Origin: Octopus vulgaris
Taxonomy: Eukaryota
Direction of reading: 5' to 3'
Length of the DNA: 64,000 nt
NCBI GenBank assembly: GCA_951406725.2
Contig: OX597843.1
Span: 15,748,001 to 15,812,000, forward strand
Made by a program: the position numbers and the translations under genes. Of this stretch, positions 12,550-23,555 are shown piece after piece (position 1 is the first letter of the stretch; every line of letters starts with the position of its first letter). The notes below the pieces were generated by a model. That model was not told the DNA's origin, searched no databases, and worked only from the letters and a program-made list of their open reading frames with translations.

Positions 12550-15500
12550 ATTCGCATATTTAAGACACTTAACCCTATGAACGACTCAGCACCCTTAATT
12601 ACCGGGGGGGGGGGCATATACTTCTTGAAGCTAATTAGGGGCAGGTAATTAGTAAACAAATAATAAACCTTGTGGGTCGGCAAGGTCGAGTATTCTCCCT
12701 TTGACCAGTCCTGTTAGCAAGTCCGTTATGAGCTGAGTGACGAATGCTGTCCTCCCTGCTCTGCTCTCTCTATCATTCCTATTCCCCCTCCCTTCCTCTA
12801 TATACCCATGCACTGTCTAATCTCTGCCTCCCGCTACCTACTCGCGTTTCCTTGGCAACGTCCTGCCACTTATATCGTAGCCTCCCTCTACCACGGCGCT
12901 ATTCACCTGCCACTTGCTGCCATTTCTCTCTCTCTCTCTCTCTCTCTTCCTTTACTCTATCACCCTTTCTATATTCTTCCCTTCACACACACGCACACAC
13001 TTCACTACCATCGCACTCCTGCTCTCTCTAGCACTCTCTCTCTTCCTCACTCTTCCTCTTTCTCCCCTCCTCTCTCTCTCTAACCATGCATCTCCTCTAC
13101 AGCTACACACCTGTTTCCGTCCTCATTTCTCATCGTTCTCTCTCTCTCTTTCTCTCCTCTCCATATTTCCTTCTCTCTCTCCCTCGTCTTTCCCCCTTCT
13201 CTCCTTCTGTCTCTCGCCCTCTCCCCCTCTCCCCCTCTCCGCTTTTTTCTCCCTCACTCCTCTCTCTCTCTATCTCTCCTCTCTCTCAATCTCTCTCCCT
13301 CTATGTTTTCCCCTCTCTTCCTCTGTCCGTCGCCCTCTCCCCCTCTCCGCTCTTTTCTCCCTCACTCTCCCTCCGTCCCGCCTCTCTCTCCATCTCCCTT
13401 CTCTCTCATCCTCTCTCCCTCTCTGTCTCGTCTCCTCTCTCCCTCCCTCTTCCTCTCTCTGCCTCTGTTCACTCACTCTATCCCTCTCATTCACTTTCCT
13501 ACCTTCTCTCCCTCTCTCTCCCACCATCTCTCCCTCTTACTTCCACCCTCCGCCCTCCCCCTCACTCCATCTCTCCCACCCTCTCCCCATCTTATTACCT
13601 CCCTCCCACTTTCTCCCTCTTTCCCCTCTCTCTCACCTTCACTCTATCTGGCTGAGTAACCTTTCACCTTCCCCACAGCAAGACACCTGTTTCTGTCTTT
13701 CTATCTCACTCTAACCTTTCATCATCCGACACAAGATCCCCTCCTCCAATGTCCCCTCCCCCTCTCACAATTCCTCATCTTCCAAGTTATTTGGTGACCC
13801 TGCCGGTGCTGGTGCCACATAAAAACCACTCGGTCCATTCTGCTGAGTGGTTGGTGTTAGGAAAGTTTTATCAAATAAAGGACGTTAACGTATACAGTTT
13901 TACAAACCAAGGACGTTATATAGACCTCCTTGACTCAAGTTAGAGAAGGGGTGCGTATTATGCACAAGGTTTAGATTTTTCGGCGGTACAGCCCTCTAAA
14001 ATTCCCTTGCGTATTATACTCAAGGGCGGAATATACTCGAGGATTTACGGTAAGGCGTCCAGAATATGGCAAATGCCTATGGAGGTTATTCTCTCGGTTG
14101 CACGTCGCTGAACGGTTTCCAGCTGGTTTTCAGTCGAATAAATCGACTAAATTTGTTTGAGGTGTTGCTCCAGCATTACCACGGCCCAACAACTGGAATA
14201 AAGATGAAGGTAGGAGTGGCTGTGTGGTAAGTAGCTTGCTTACCGACCACATGGTTCCGGTTTCAGTCCCACTACGTGGCACCTTGGGCAAGTGTCTTCT
14301 GCTATAGCCTCGGGCCGACCAAAGCCTTGTGAGTGGATTTGGTAGACGGAAACTGAAAGAAGCTCGTCGTATATATATGTATATATATATGTATATGTGT
14401 ATGTGTGTGTGTTTGTGTGTCTGTGTTTGACCCCAAACATCGCCTGACAACCGATGCTAGTGTGTTTACGTCCCCGTAAATTAGCGTTTCGGCAAAAGAG
14501 ACCAATAGAATAAGTACTGGGCTTACAAAGAATAAGGTGGGAGAGAGGGGAAAGAGGGAGAAAGTGGGAGGGAGGGGAATAAGAGAGGGAGAGGCTGGGA
14601 GAGAAGGAGAAAGGTGGAAGGGGCAGGGCGGAAGTAAGAGTGAGAGAGGGTGGGAGAGAGAGAGGGAGAGAGGGTAGGAAAGTGAATGAGAGGGATAGAG
14701 TGAGAGGGCAGAGGCAGAGAGAGGAAGAGGGAGGGAGAGAGAGGACATATATTGATATGCAGTTAAGTATATGTCCCCTCATAGAGTGGGATCTTATCGT
14801 TTTGCTCGGCAGTTTTTAAAAATAATTTCCACATAACTAAACACTTCTAAACTTCGTATACTGGTAGAATGTGTTTATAAAACATCGTTTTCTCTTGGCT
14901 TTATTGAGAAAATTCTATACTTTGTAAGATATTTGTTGTGTTTTTTCTCTTCAATTTCTGCAATTTCAACCAATCAATGACGTCTATTGAGGTGAAAAAC
15001 ATTCTGTGCCGTATGAATATGTCACTCGTTCAAGAAACAGATTGGGTTTATTTACATTTCTGAAGAAAAGAAGATGCCCTTCCCCACACCCCTAATCCTA
15101 AAACTAAAATAGATTGAAATGCAATAGATCGATACTAGGGTCATAATTATGGGTGACAATTTCATATGACACCGCTAGAAAAAACTGCCGGTCAAACCGA
15201 AAAGATCCATTCGTATATTTAAGACACTTAACCCTTTGAACGACTCAGCACCATTAATGACGGGGGGGGGGGCATATACTTCTTGAAGCTAATTAGGGGC
15301 AGGTAATTAGTAAACAAATAATAAACCTTGTGGGTCGGCAAGGTCGAGTATTCTCCCTTTGACCAGTCCCGTGAGCAAGTCCGTTATGAGCTGAGTGACG
15401 AATGCTGTCCTCCCTGCTCTACTCTCTCTATCATTCCTATCCTCCCTCCCTCCCTCCCTCTATATACCCATGTACTCACTAGTCTCTGCATTCTCTTCCC

Positions 15501-18500
15501 TCCTAACTGTGCTGCCACTTATATCGTAGCCTCCCTCTACCTCGACGCTATTCCCCTGCCAGTCGCTGCCTTATATCTCTCTCTCTCTCTTCCTTTACTC
15601 TATCACCCTTTCTATGTTCTGCCCTCCCCCGGCACGTCACCACCATCGCTCTCTGGCTCTCTCTTCCTCTCTCCCTCTCCACTCTTTTCTCCCTCACTCT
15701 CTCTCCGTTTTCCCTCTCTCTCCTTCTCTCCTTTCTCTCACCCTTTCTCCCTCTCTCTTTCCCCCTCTCTTCCTCTGTCTCTCGCCCTCTCCCCCTACCC
15801 GTTCTTTTCTCCCTCACTCTCTCTCCGTCTCCCCTCTCTCTCCGTCTCCCCTCTCTCTCCGTCTTTCCTCTATTTCACCTTCCCTCCCTATGCCTTTTCC
15901 CATCTCTCCCTCTGTCTCTCACCCTCTCTCCTCTCCCCCTCTCTTCTCTTTTCTCCCTCACTCTCTCTCCGTCCCCCTCTCTCTCCATCTCTCCTCTCTC
16001 TCACCCTCTCTGTCTCTTCTCCTCTCTCCCTCCCTCTTCCTCTCTCTGCCTTTGCTCTCTCACTCTATCCCTCTCATTCACTTTCCCACCCTCTCTCTCT
16101 CCCACCATATCTCTCTCTCACTTCCACACTCCGACCTCCCCCTCTCAATCTGTCGCACCCTCCCTCCTTCTCCCTCTTTTCCCTCTCTCTCTCACCTTCA
16201 CTCTATCTGGTTGAGTAACCTTGTACCTCCCCTACAGCAAGACACCTGTTTCTAACTTTCTATCTCACTCTAACCTTTCATCATCCGACACAAGATCCCC
16301 TCCTCCAATGTCCCCTCCCCCTCTCAGAGTTCTTTGTCTTCCAAGTTTTTTGGTGACCCTGCCGGTGCTGGTGCCACATAAAAACCACTCAGTCCATTCT
16401 GCTGAGTGGTTGGTGTTAGGAAAGTTTTATCAAATTTTGTATGTCGTCTGCACTGGATGACGTTGTATGGAAAGATGAAATGAATGAAAGGGAATCGTCT
16501 GATTTTGACTATGAATCTGACGATGACGGAGATTTACACAACAATGATGCTGACATGTTTAGGGAGGAACAAATGGAACAGTTATTTGATGCTGAAAGAG
16601 AGATTGAATTTGAAGGATTTGAATAAATGGCTTTGCTTTTGTAACTGATAGTGATAAATATGTAAAGGCAATTTACTTAATGTTTATTTTTCACTGACGT
16701 TATTACTGTTATTTCTTTATTTTCTACAAACAAAATGCACAAAAAAGCTACACGTTTGCATTATGTTATGTATACAATAATAATAAAGGACGCAATTTCA
16801 ACCAATCAATGACGTTTATTAAGGTGAAAAACATTCTGTGCCGTATGAATATGTCCCTCGTTTAAGAAACAGATTGGGTTTATTTACATTTCTGAATTAA
16901 AAAGAAGATACCCTTCCCCCCCACCCCTAACCCTAACCCTAAAACAGATTGAAATGCAATAGATCGATTCTAGGGTCATAATTACGGGTGACAATTTCAT
17001 ATGACACGGCTAGAAAAAACTGCCGGTCAAACCGAAAAGATCCATTCGCATATTTAAGACACTTAACCCTTTGAACGACTCAGCACCCTTAATGACGAGG
17101 TGGGGGTGCATATACTTCTTGGAGTCGGCGGTAGAAATCCATTAGGGGCAGATAATTAGTAAGCAAATAATAAACCTTGTTGGTCGGCAAGCTCGAGTAT
17201 TCTCCCCTTGACCAGTCCCGTGAGCAAGTCCGTTATGAGCTGAGTGACGAATGCTGTCCTCCCTGCTCTGCTCTCTCTATCATTCCTATACCCCCTCCCT
17301 CCTTTTTTATACTTATGTACACACTAGTCTCTGCCTCCCACTACCTACTCGCGTTCCCTTGGCAATGTCCTGCCACTTATATCGTAGCCTTCCTCTACCT
17401 CGACGCTATTCCCCTGCCAGTGGCTCCCATTTCTCTCTCTCTCTCTTCCTTTTCTCTATCACCCTTTCTATGTTCTACCTCCTCTCCCCATACGCTTTAC
17501 CAACGTCGCTCTCCTGCTCTCTCTTCCTCTCTCTCTCTTCATCTCTCCCTCTCTCTCTCTCTCCCTCATTCTCTCCTTCTTTTTCTTCCTCTTCCCTCTG
17601 GTTCGCTAAACATGCATCTCCTCTACAGCTACACACCTGTCTCTCTCCCCCTTCCCCTCTCGCCTCCCCCCTCACCGCTCTTTTCTCCCTCACTCTCTCT
17701 CCGTCTTCCCTCTCTCTCCTTCTCTCCTCTCTCTTCCTCTGTCTTTCTCCCTCTCTTCCTCTATCCCTCATCCTCTCCCCCCTCCACTCTTTTCTCTCTC
17801 ATTCTCCCTCCCTTCGTCCCCCTTCTCTCTCCATCTCTCCTCTCTTTCACCCTCTCTTTCTCTCTCTGTCTCGTCTCCTCTCTCCCTCCCGCTTCCTCTC
17901 ACTGCCTCTGCTCTCTCACTCTATCCCTCTCATTCACTTTCCTACCCTCTCTCCCTCTCTCTCCCTCTTACTTCCACCCTCCCCCCTCTCCCTCCCTTCA
18001 TATCTCACACCCTCTCCCCCTCTTCCTCCCCTCCCTCTCACCCTCCCTCCTTCTCCCTCTTTCCCTCTCTCTCTCACCTTCACTCTCTCTGAATGAGTAA
18101 CCTTTCACCCCCCCTACAGCAAGACACCTGTTTCTGCCTTTCTATCTCACTCTAACCTTTCATCATCCGACACAAGATCCCCTCCTCCAATGTCCCCTCC
18201 CCCTCTCAGAATTCCTCATCTTCCAAGTTATTTGGTGACCCTGCCGGTGCTGGTGCCACATAAAAACCACTCGGTCCATTCTGCTGAGTGGTTGGTGTTA
18301 GGAAAATTGTATCAAATGTTGTATGTCGTCTGCATCAAATGTTGTATGTCGTCTGCACTGGATGACGTTGTATGGAAAGATGAAATAAATGAAAGGGAAT
18401 CGTCTGATGTTGACTATGAATCTGACGATGACGGAGATTTACACTACAATGATGCTGACATGTTTACGGAGGAACAAATAGAACAGTTATTTGATGCTGA

Positions 18501-19984
18501 AAGAGACGTTGAATTTGAAGGATTTGAATAAATGGCTTTGCTTTTGTAACTGATAGTGATAAATATGTAAAGGCAATTTACTTAATATTTATTTTCCACT
18601 GACGTTATTACTGTTATTTCTTTATTTTCTACAAACAAAATGCACAAAAAAGCTACACGTTTGCATTATGTTATGTATACAATAATAATAAAGGACGCAA
18701 TTTCAACCAATCAATGACGTTTATTAAGGTGAAAAACATTCTGTGCCGTATGAATATGTCCCTCGTTTAAGAAACAGATTCGGTTTATTTACATTTCTGA
18801 ATTAAAAAAAAGATACCCTTCCCCCCACCCCTAACCCTAAAACTAAAACAGATTGAAATGCAATAGATCGATTCTAGGGTCATAATTACGGGTGACAATT
18901 TCATATGACACCGCTAGAAAAAACTGCCGGTCAAACCGAAAAGATCCATTTGCATATATAAGACACTTTAGCCTTTGAACGACTCAGCACCCTTAATGAC
19001 GGGGGGGGGGGGCATATACTTCTTGAAGTCGGCGGTAGAAATCCATTAGGGGCAGGTAATTAGTAAGCAAATAATAAACCTTGTGGGTCGGCAAGCTCGA
19101 GTATTCTCCCTTTGACCAGTCCAGTTAGCACTTCCATTATTAGCTGAAGTCGACGAATGCTGCCCTCCCTGCTCTGCTCTCTCTATCATTCCTATACCTT
19201 CTCCCTCCCTCCCTCCCTCTGTATACCCACGTACTCACTAGTCTCTGCCTCCCTCTCCCTTCTCGTAGCCTTCCTCTATCTCGACGCTATTCCCCTCCCA
19301 ATTGCTGCCTTTTACCTCTCTCTCTCTTCCTTCACTCTATCACCCTTTCTATGTTCTGTTCCTCTCACCGACACCTCACTATCATCGCTTTCCTGCCCTT
19401 CCTTGCACATCTGCTCTCTCTTTCTTCCTTTACTCTATCACCCTTTCTATGTTCTGCCTCCCCGACACTTCACCACCATCGCTCTCCTGCTCTCTCTTCC
19501 ACTCCTGCTTTCTTTCTCTTGCCCCTCTGGTTCGCTTGCCATGTATCCCCTTTACAGCCATGCTGGAGCACCGCCTTTAATCGAGCAACTCGACCCCGGG
19601 ACTTATTCTTTTTGTAAGCCCAGTACTTATTCTATCGGTCTCTTTTGCCGAACCGCTAAGTAACGGGGACATAAACACACCAGCATCGGTTGTCAAGCAA
19701 TGCTAGGGGGACAAACACACACATACATACATATATATATACATATATACGACGGGCTTCTTTCAGTTTCCGTCTACCAAATCCACTCACAAGGTATTGG
19801 TCGGCCCGAGGCTATAGTAGAAGACACTTGCCCAAGATGCCACGCAGTGGGACTGAACCCGGAACCATGTGGTCGGTAAGCAAGCTACTTACCACACAGC
19901 CACTCCTTTTCTTTTCTAAATATACAGAAAGATACGGACATCGGAATTCGGACAAAAATTTCAAAACATTTCTATAGTTACAGT

Positions 19985-20450
19985 TACGGTTTTAGGATTA
20001 GGGCTAGGGTTCGGGTTTTATGATTAGGGTTAGAGTTGGGGTTTAACGGTTTTAGGATTAGGGCTAGGGTTAGGGTTTTATGATTAGGGTTAGAGTTTGG
20101 GGTTTAACGGTTTTAGGATTAGGGCTAGGGTTAGGGTTTTATGATTAGGGTTAGAGTTGGGGTTTAACGGTTTTAGGGCTAGGGTTAGGGTTAGAGTTGG
20201 GGTTTAACGGTTTTAGGATTAGGGCTAGGGTTAGGGTTTTATGATTAGGGTTAGAGTTGGGGTTTAACGGTTTTAGGATTAGGGCTAGGGTTAGGGTTTT
20301 ATGATTAGGGTTAGAGTTGGGGTTTAACGGTTTTAGGGCTAGGGTTAGGGTTAGAGTTGGGGTTTAACGGTTTTAGGATTAGGGCTAAGGTTAGGGTTTT
20401 ATGATTAGGGTTAGAGTCGGGGTTTAACGGTTTTAGGGTTAGGGTTTTAC
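19985..20450. repeat. Telomere-like minisatellite, ~60-bp unit (about 8 copies, some shortened) rich in TTAGGG variants
   Basis: Unit TTAACGGTTTTAGGATTAGGGCTAGGGTTAGGGTTTTATGATTAGGGTTAGAGTTGGGGT. Confidence 0.9.
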
Positions 20451-20616
20451 GGTTAGTTTTGCGGAAAAAAGTCAAAATTGAAGAAGTTGGAGGGGGGTGG
20501 AAATTTTTCACGATGCCGGTTTTTGGCAATTTTCTGGGACCTCCGTATCCGAAAACGGGGGTTTTTGGCAAAAAAAAAAAATTTTTTTAATAAAGGAATT
20601 TGGAAGAAATGGGGCT

Positions 20617-20875
20617 CGGAGGCGGGCGGGCGGAAGTCTTTGCCAATAGAATAAAGGATCTTTTCGCTTAACAGGGGTCGATCTGTCCGATTAAGACTCA
20701 TCCAAGGCAGTGCTGCAGCATGGCCGCAGTCCAATATTGTAACGAGTAAAAGCTACCTCCCTTTCCTCCAGTCCATATAAGTCTTGTCACCTGACCTAAA
20801 CTGACCAATGACGATCCAATATTTCCATCCCCCTCATTCCCTCTCGTTCTCTCTGTTTACCTCCAGTCGCCATTT
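20617..20875 (+). promoter_or_regulatory. Putative ZF1 promoter (GC boxes/ETS, TGACCT plus CCAAT module, YY1-like GCCATTT)
   Basis: GGAGGCGGGCGGGCGGAAGT at ~20618. TCACCTGACCTAAACTGACCAATGAC at 20787-20812 is identical to 34176-34201. CAGTCGCCATTT at 20864 matches 34864. Confidence 0.6.
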
Positions 20876-20958
20876 CCTATTAACTCTTCAACCGTGACCG
20901 CAGCCATTAATTCACTTCAGAAGACGAAGATCTTTCCTCCTCCATAAATTCACGCCAG
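20864..20958 (+). other. Putative non-coding first exon of ZF1 (start approximate)
   Basis: Ends CCAG|GTAGGT and is homologous to 34864-34957. The matching acceptor is T-rich TTTCAG|A at 23283/23284. Confidence 0.55.
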
Positions 20959-21085
20959 GTAGGTTTTGTTATTTTGTTTATTTCCTTTGTCTTTCTTCTT
21001 CGTTCATCAACATGATGTTTATTTGTGTTTGATCTGTCATAAATTAGCGTAACATACCGGAACAACAACATTGATCACTGCTCTG

Positions 21086-22186
21086 CTCAGTCAGGCATGA
21101 CCTAGGGTTAAACAACAGCAACCAGATGGGACGTCAACGTGGTCGCTTGATCTGCTAGAAATAGTAGCCAAGTTTACCTCAAATTACACGTTTCGGTGTT
21201 GAAAATTGAAGGCTATATTTGATAGTGTAGTCCTAGATATACAGTGACAGAGGGAGGAACGTACTCATTCAGGCATGACCTGGGGTTAAACAGCACCAAC
21301 CAGATGGGACGTCAACGTGGTCGCTTGATCTGCTAGAAATAGTAGCCAAGTTTACCTCAAATTACACGTTTCGGTGTTGAAAATTGAAGGCTATATTTGA
21401 TAGTGTAGTCCTAGATATACAGTGACAGAGGGAGGAACGTACTCATTCAGGCATGACCTGGGGTTAAACAACAGCAACCAGATGGGACGTCAACGTGGTC
21501 GCTTGATCTGCTAGAAATAGTAGCCAAGTTTACCTCAAATTACACGTTTCGGTGTTGAAAATTGAAGGCTATATTTGATAGTGTAGTCCTAGATATACAG
21601 TGACAGAGGGAGGAACGTACTCATTCAGGCATGACCTGGGGTTAAACAACAGCAACCAGATGGGACGTCAACGTGGTCGCTTGATCTGCTAGAAATAGTA
21701 GCCAAGTTTACCTCAAATTACACGTTTCGGTGTTGAAAATTGAAGGCTATATTTGATAGTGTAGTCCTAGATATACAGTGACAGAGGGAGGAACGTACTC
21801 ATTCAGGCATGACCTGGGGTTAAACAACAGCAACCAGATGGGACGTCAACGTGGTCGCTTGATCTGCTAGAAATAGTAGCCAAGTTTACCTCAAATTACA
21901 CGTTTCGGTGTTGAAAATTGAAGGCTATATTTGATAGTGTAGTCCTAGATATACAGTGACAGAGGGAGGAACGTACTCATTCAGGCATGACCTGGGGTTA
22001 AACAACAGCAACCAGATGGGACGTCAACGTGGTCGCTTGATCTGCTAGAAATAGTAGCCAAGTTTACCTCAAATTACACGTTTCGGTGTTGAAAATTGAA
22101 GGCTATATTTGATAGTGTAGTCCTAGATATACAGTGACAGAGGGAGGAACGTACTCAGTCAGGCATGACCTGGGGTTAAACAACAA
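21086..22186 (+). repeat. Tandem array, 178-bp unit x6 plus partial, in the ZF1 intron
   Basis: CAGGCATGACC recurs at 21092, 21270, 21448, 21626, 21804, 21982 and 22160. Copies are almost identical. Confidence 0.95.
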
Positions 22187-22196
22187 GTGTGTGTAT

Positions 22197-23200
22197 ACTC
22201 TTTTACTTGTTTCAGTCATTTGACTGCGGCCATGCTGGAGCACCGCCTTTAGTCGAGCAAATCGACCCCAGGACTTATTCTTTGTAAGCCCAGTACTTAT
22301 TCTATCGGTCTCTTTTGCCGAACTGCTAAGTGAAAGGGACGTAAACACACCAGCATTTGTTGTCAAGCAATGCTAGGGGGACAAACACAGACACACAAAC
22401 ACATACACACATATATATACAGGCTTCTTTCAGTTTCCGTCTACCAAATCCACTCACAAGGCTTTGGTCGGCCCGGGGCTATAGCAGAAGACACTTGCCC
22501 AAGATGCAACGCAGTGGGACTGAACCCAGAACCATGTGGTTGGTTAGCAAGCTACTTACCACACAGCCACTCCTGATGGGCTTCTTTCAGTTTCCATCTA
22601 CCACATCCACTCACAAGGCTTTGGTCGGCCTGAGGCTATAGTAGAAGACACTTGCCCAAGGTGCCACGCAGTGGGACTGAACCCAGAACCATGTGGTTGG
22701 TTAGCAAGCTACTTACCACACAGCCACTCCTGATGGGCTTCTTTCAGTTTCCATCTACCACATCCACTCACAAGGCTTTGGTCGGCCTGAGGCTATAGTA
22801 GAAGACACTTGCCCAAGGTGCCACGCAGTGGGACTGAACCCAGAACCATGTGGTTGGTTAGCAAGCTACTTACCACACAGCCACTCCTGATGGGCTTCTT
22901 TCAGTTTCCATCTACCACATCCACTCACAAGGCTTTGGTCGGCCTGAGGCTATAGTAGAAGACACTTGCCCAAGGTGCCACGCAGTGGGACTGAACCCAG
23001 AACCATGTGGTTGGTTAGCAAGCTACTTACCACACAGCCACTCCTGATGGGCTTCTTTCAGTTTCCATCTACCACATCCACTCACAAGGCTTTGGTCGGC
23101 CTGAGGCTATAGTAGAAGACACTTGCCCAAGGTGCCACGCAGTGGGACTGAACCCAGAACCATGTGGTTGGGAATCAAGCTACTTACCACATAGCCACTC
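22197..23200 (-). mobile_element. SINE A with its head tandemly amplified (157-bp period, 5 heads)
   Basis: Full SINE at 22197-22574, then four repeats of GGGCTTCTTTCAGTTTCC...CACAGCCACTCCT. Confidence 0.9.
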
Positions 23201-23555
23201 TTTGTAATATTTCTACTGTTATTTTTTTTTTAATGTTTGAAGTATCCTCTATAGTTTATATTGTTTTTTTTTTTTTGTTTCAGAATACCTGTTGATTGGA
23301 ATTAACCTGTATTGTTTTGGACACATTGTCGTTTTTTAAAGCCACACATTGTATCAAAGAAGTGTCTGCTGTTTCTATGGATCTATATTTGGAATTACTG
23401 TGAAGCATTTCCTTTGACCAAGTTAATTATGCTGATTAAAATCGCAGTCGATGGAAATAGAGGAAGCGAAATATTTGTTATGAATTAAATATAAAGCCAG
23501 GTAGAGCAAGAACAACAAAACACCTGTGTATTGTGGTGAGAAACAAAAAAAAAAT

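Larger units (their letters stand above)
10220..19545 (+). repeat. About five imperfect tandem copies of a composite unit (MITE, spacer, CT-rich tract, SINE/RTE fragment, pogo 3' end)
   Basis: The block GATATGCAGTTAAGTATATGTCCCC recurs at ~10222, 12083 and 14752. The block AATAATAAACCTTGTGGGTCGGCAAG recurs at ~12660, 15318, 17167 and 19070. The acidic peptide recurs at 11007, 16441 and 18346. Confidence 0.85.

Noticed and set aside
12744-19663. Leu/Ser/Pro-rich ORFs up to 307 aa
   Set aside because: Translations of CT-rich low-complexity tracts, open in overlapping frames.
19985-20450. True telomere or chromosome-fusion scar
   Set aside because: Degenerate higher-order unit in a single orientation; TTAGGG hexamers also occur inside local MITEs.
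23526-23555. N-terminal extension of ZF1 in the ORF track
   Set aside because: Starts at GTG; the paralogue alignment supports ATG 23556.
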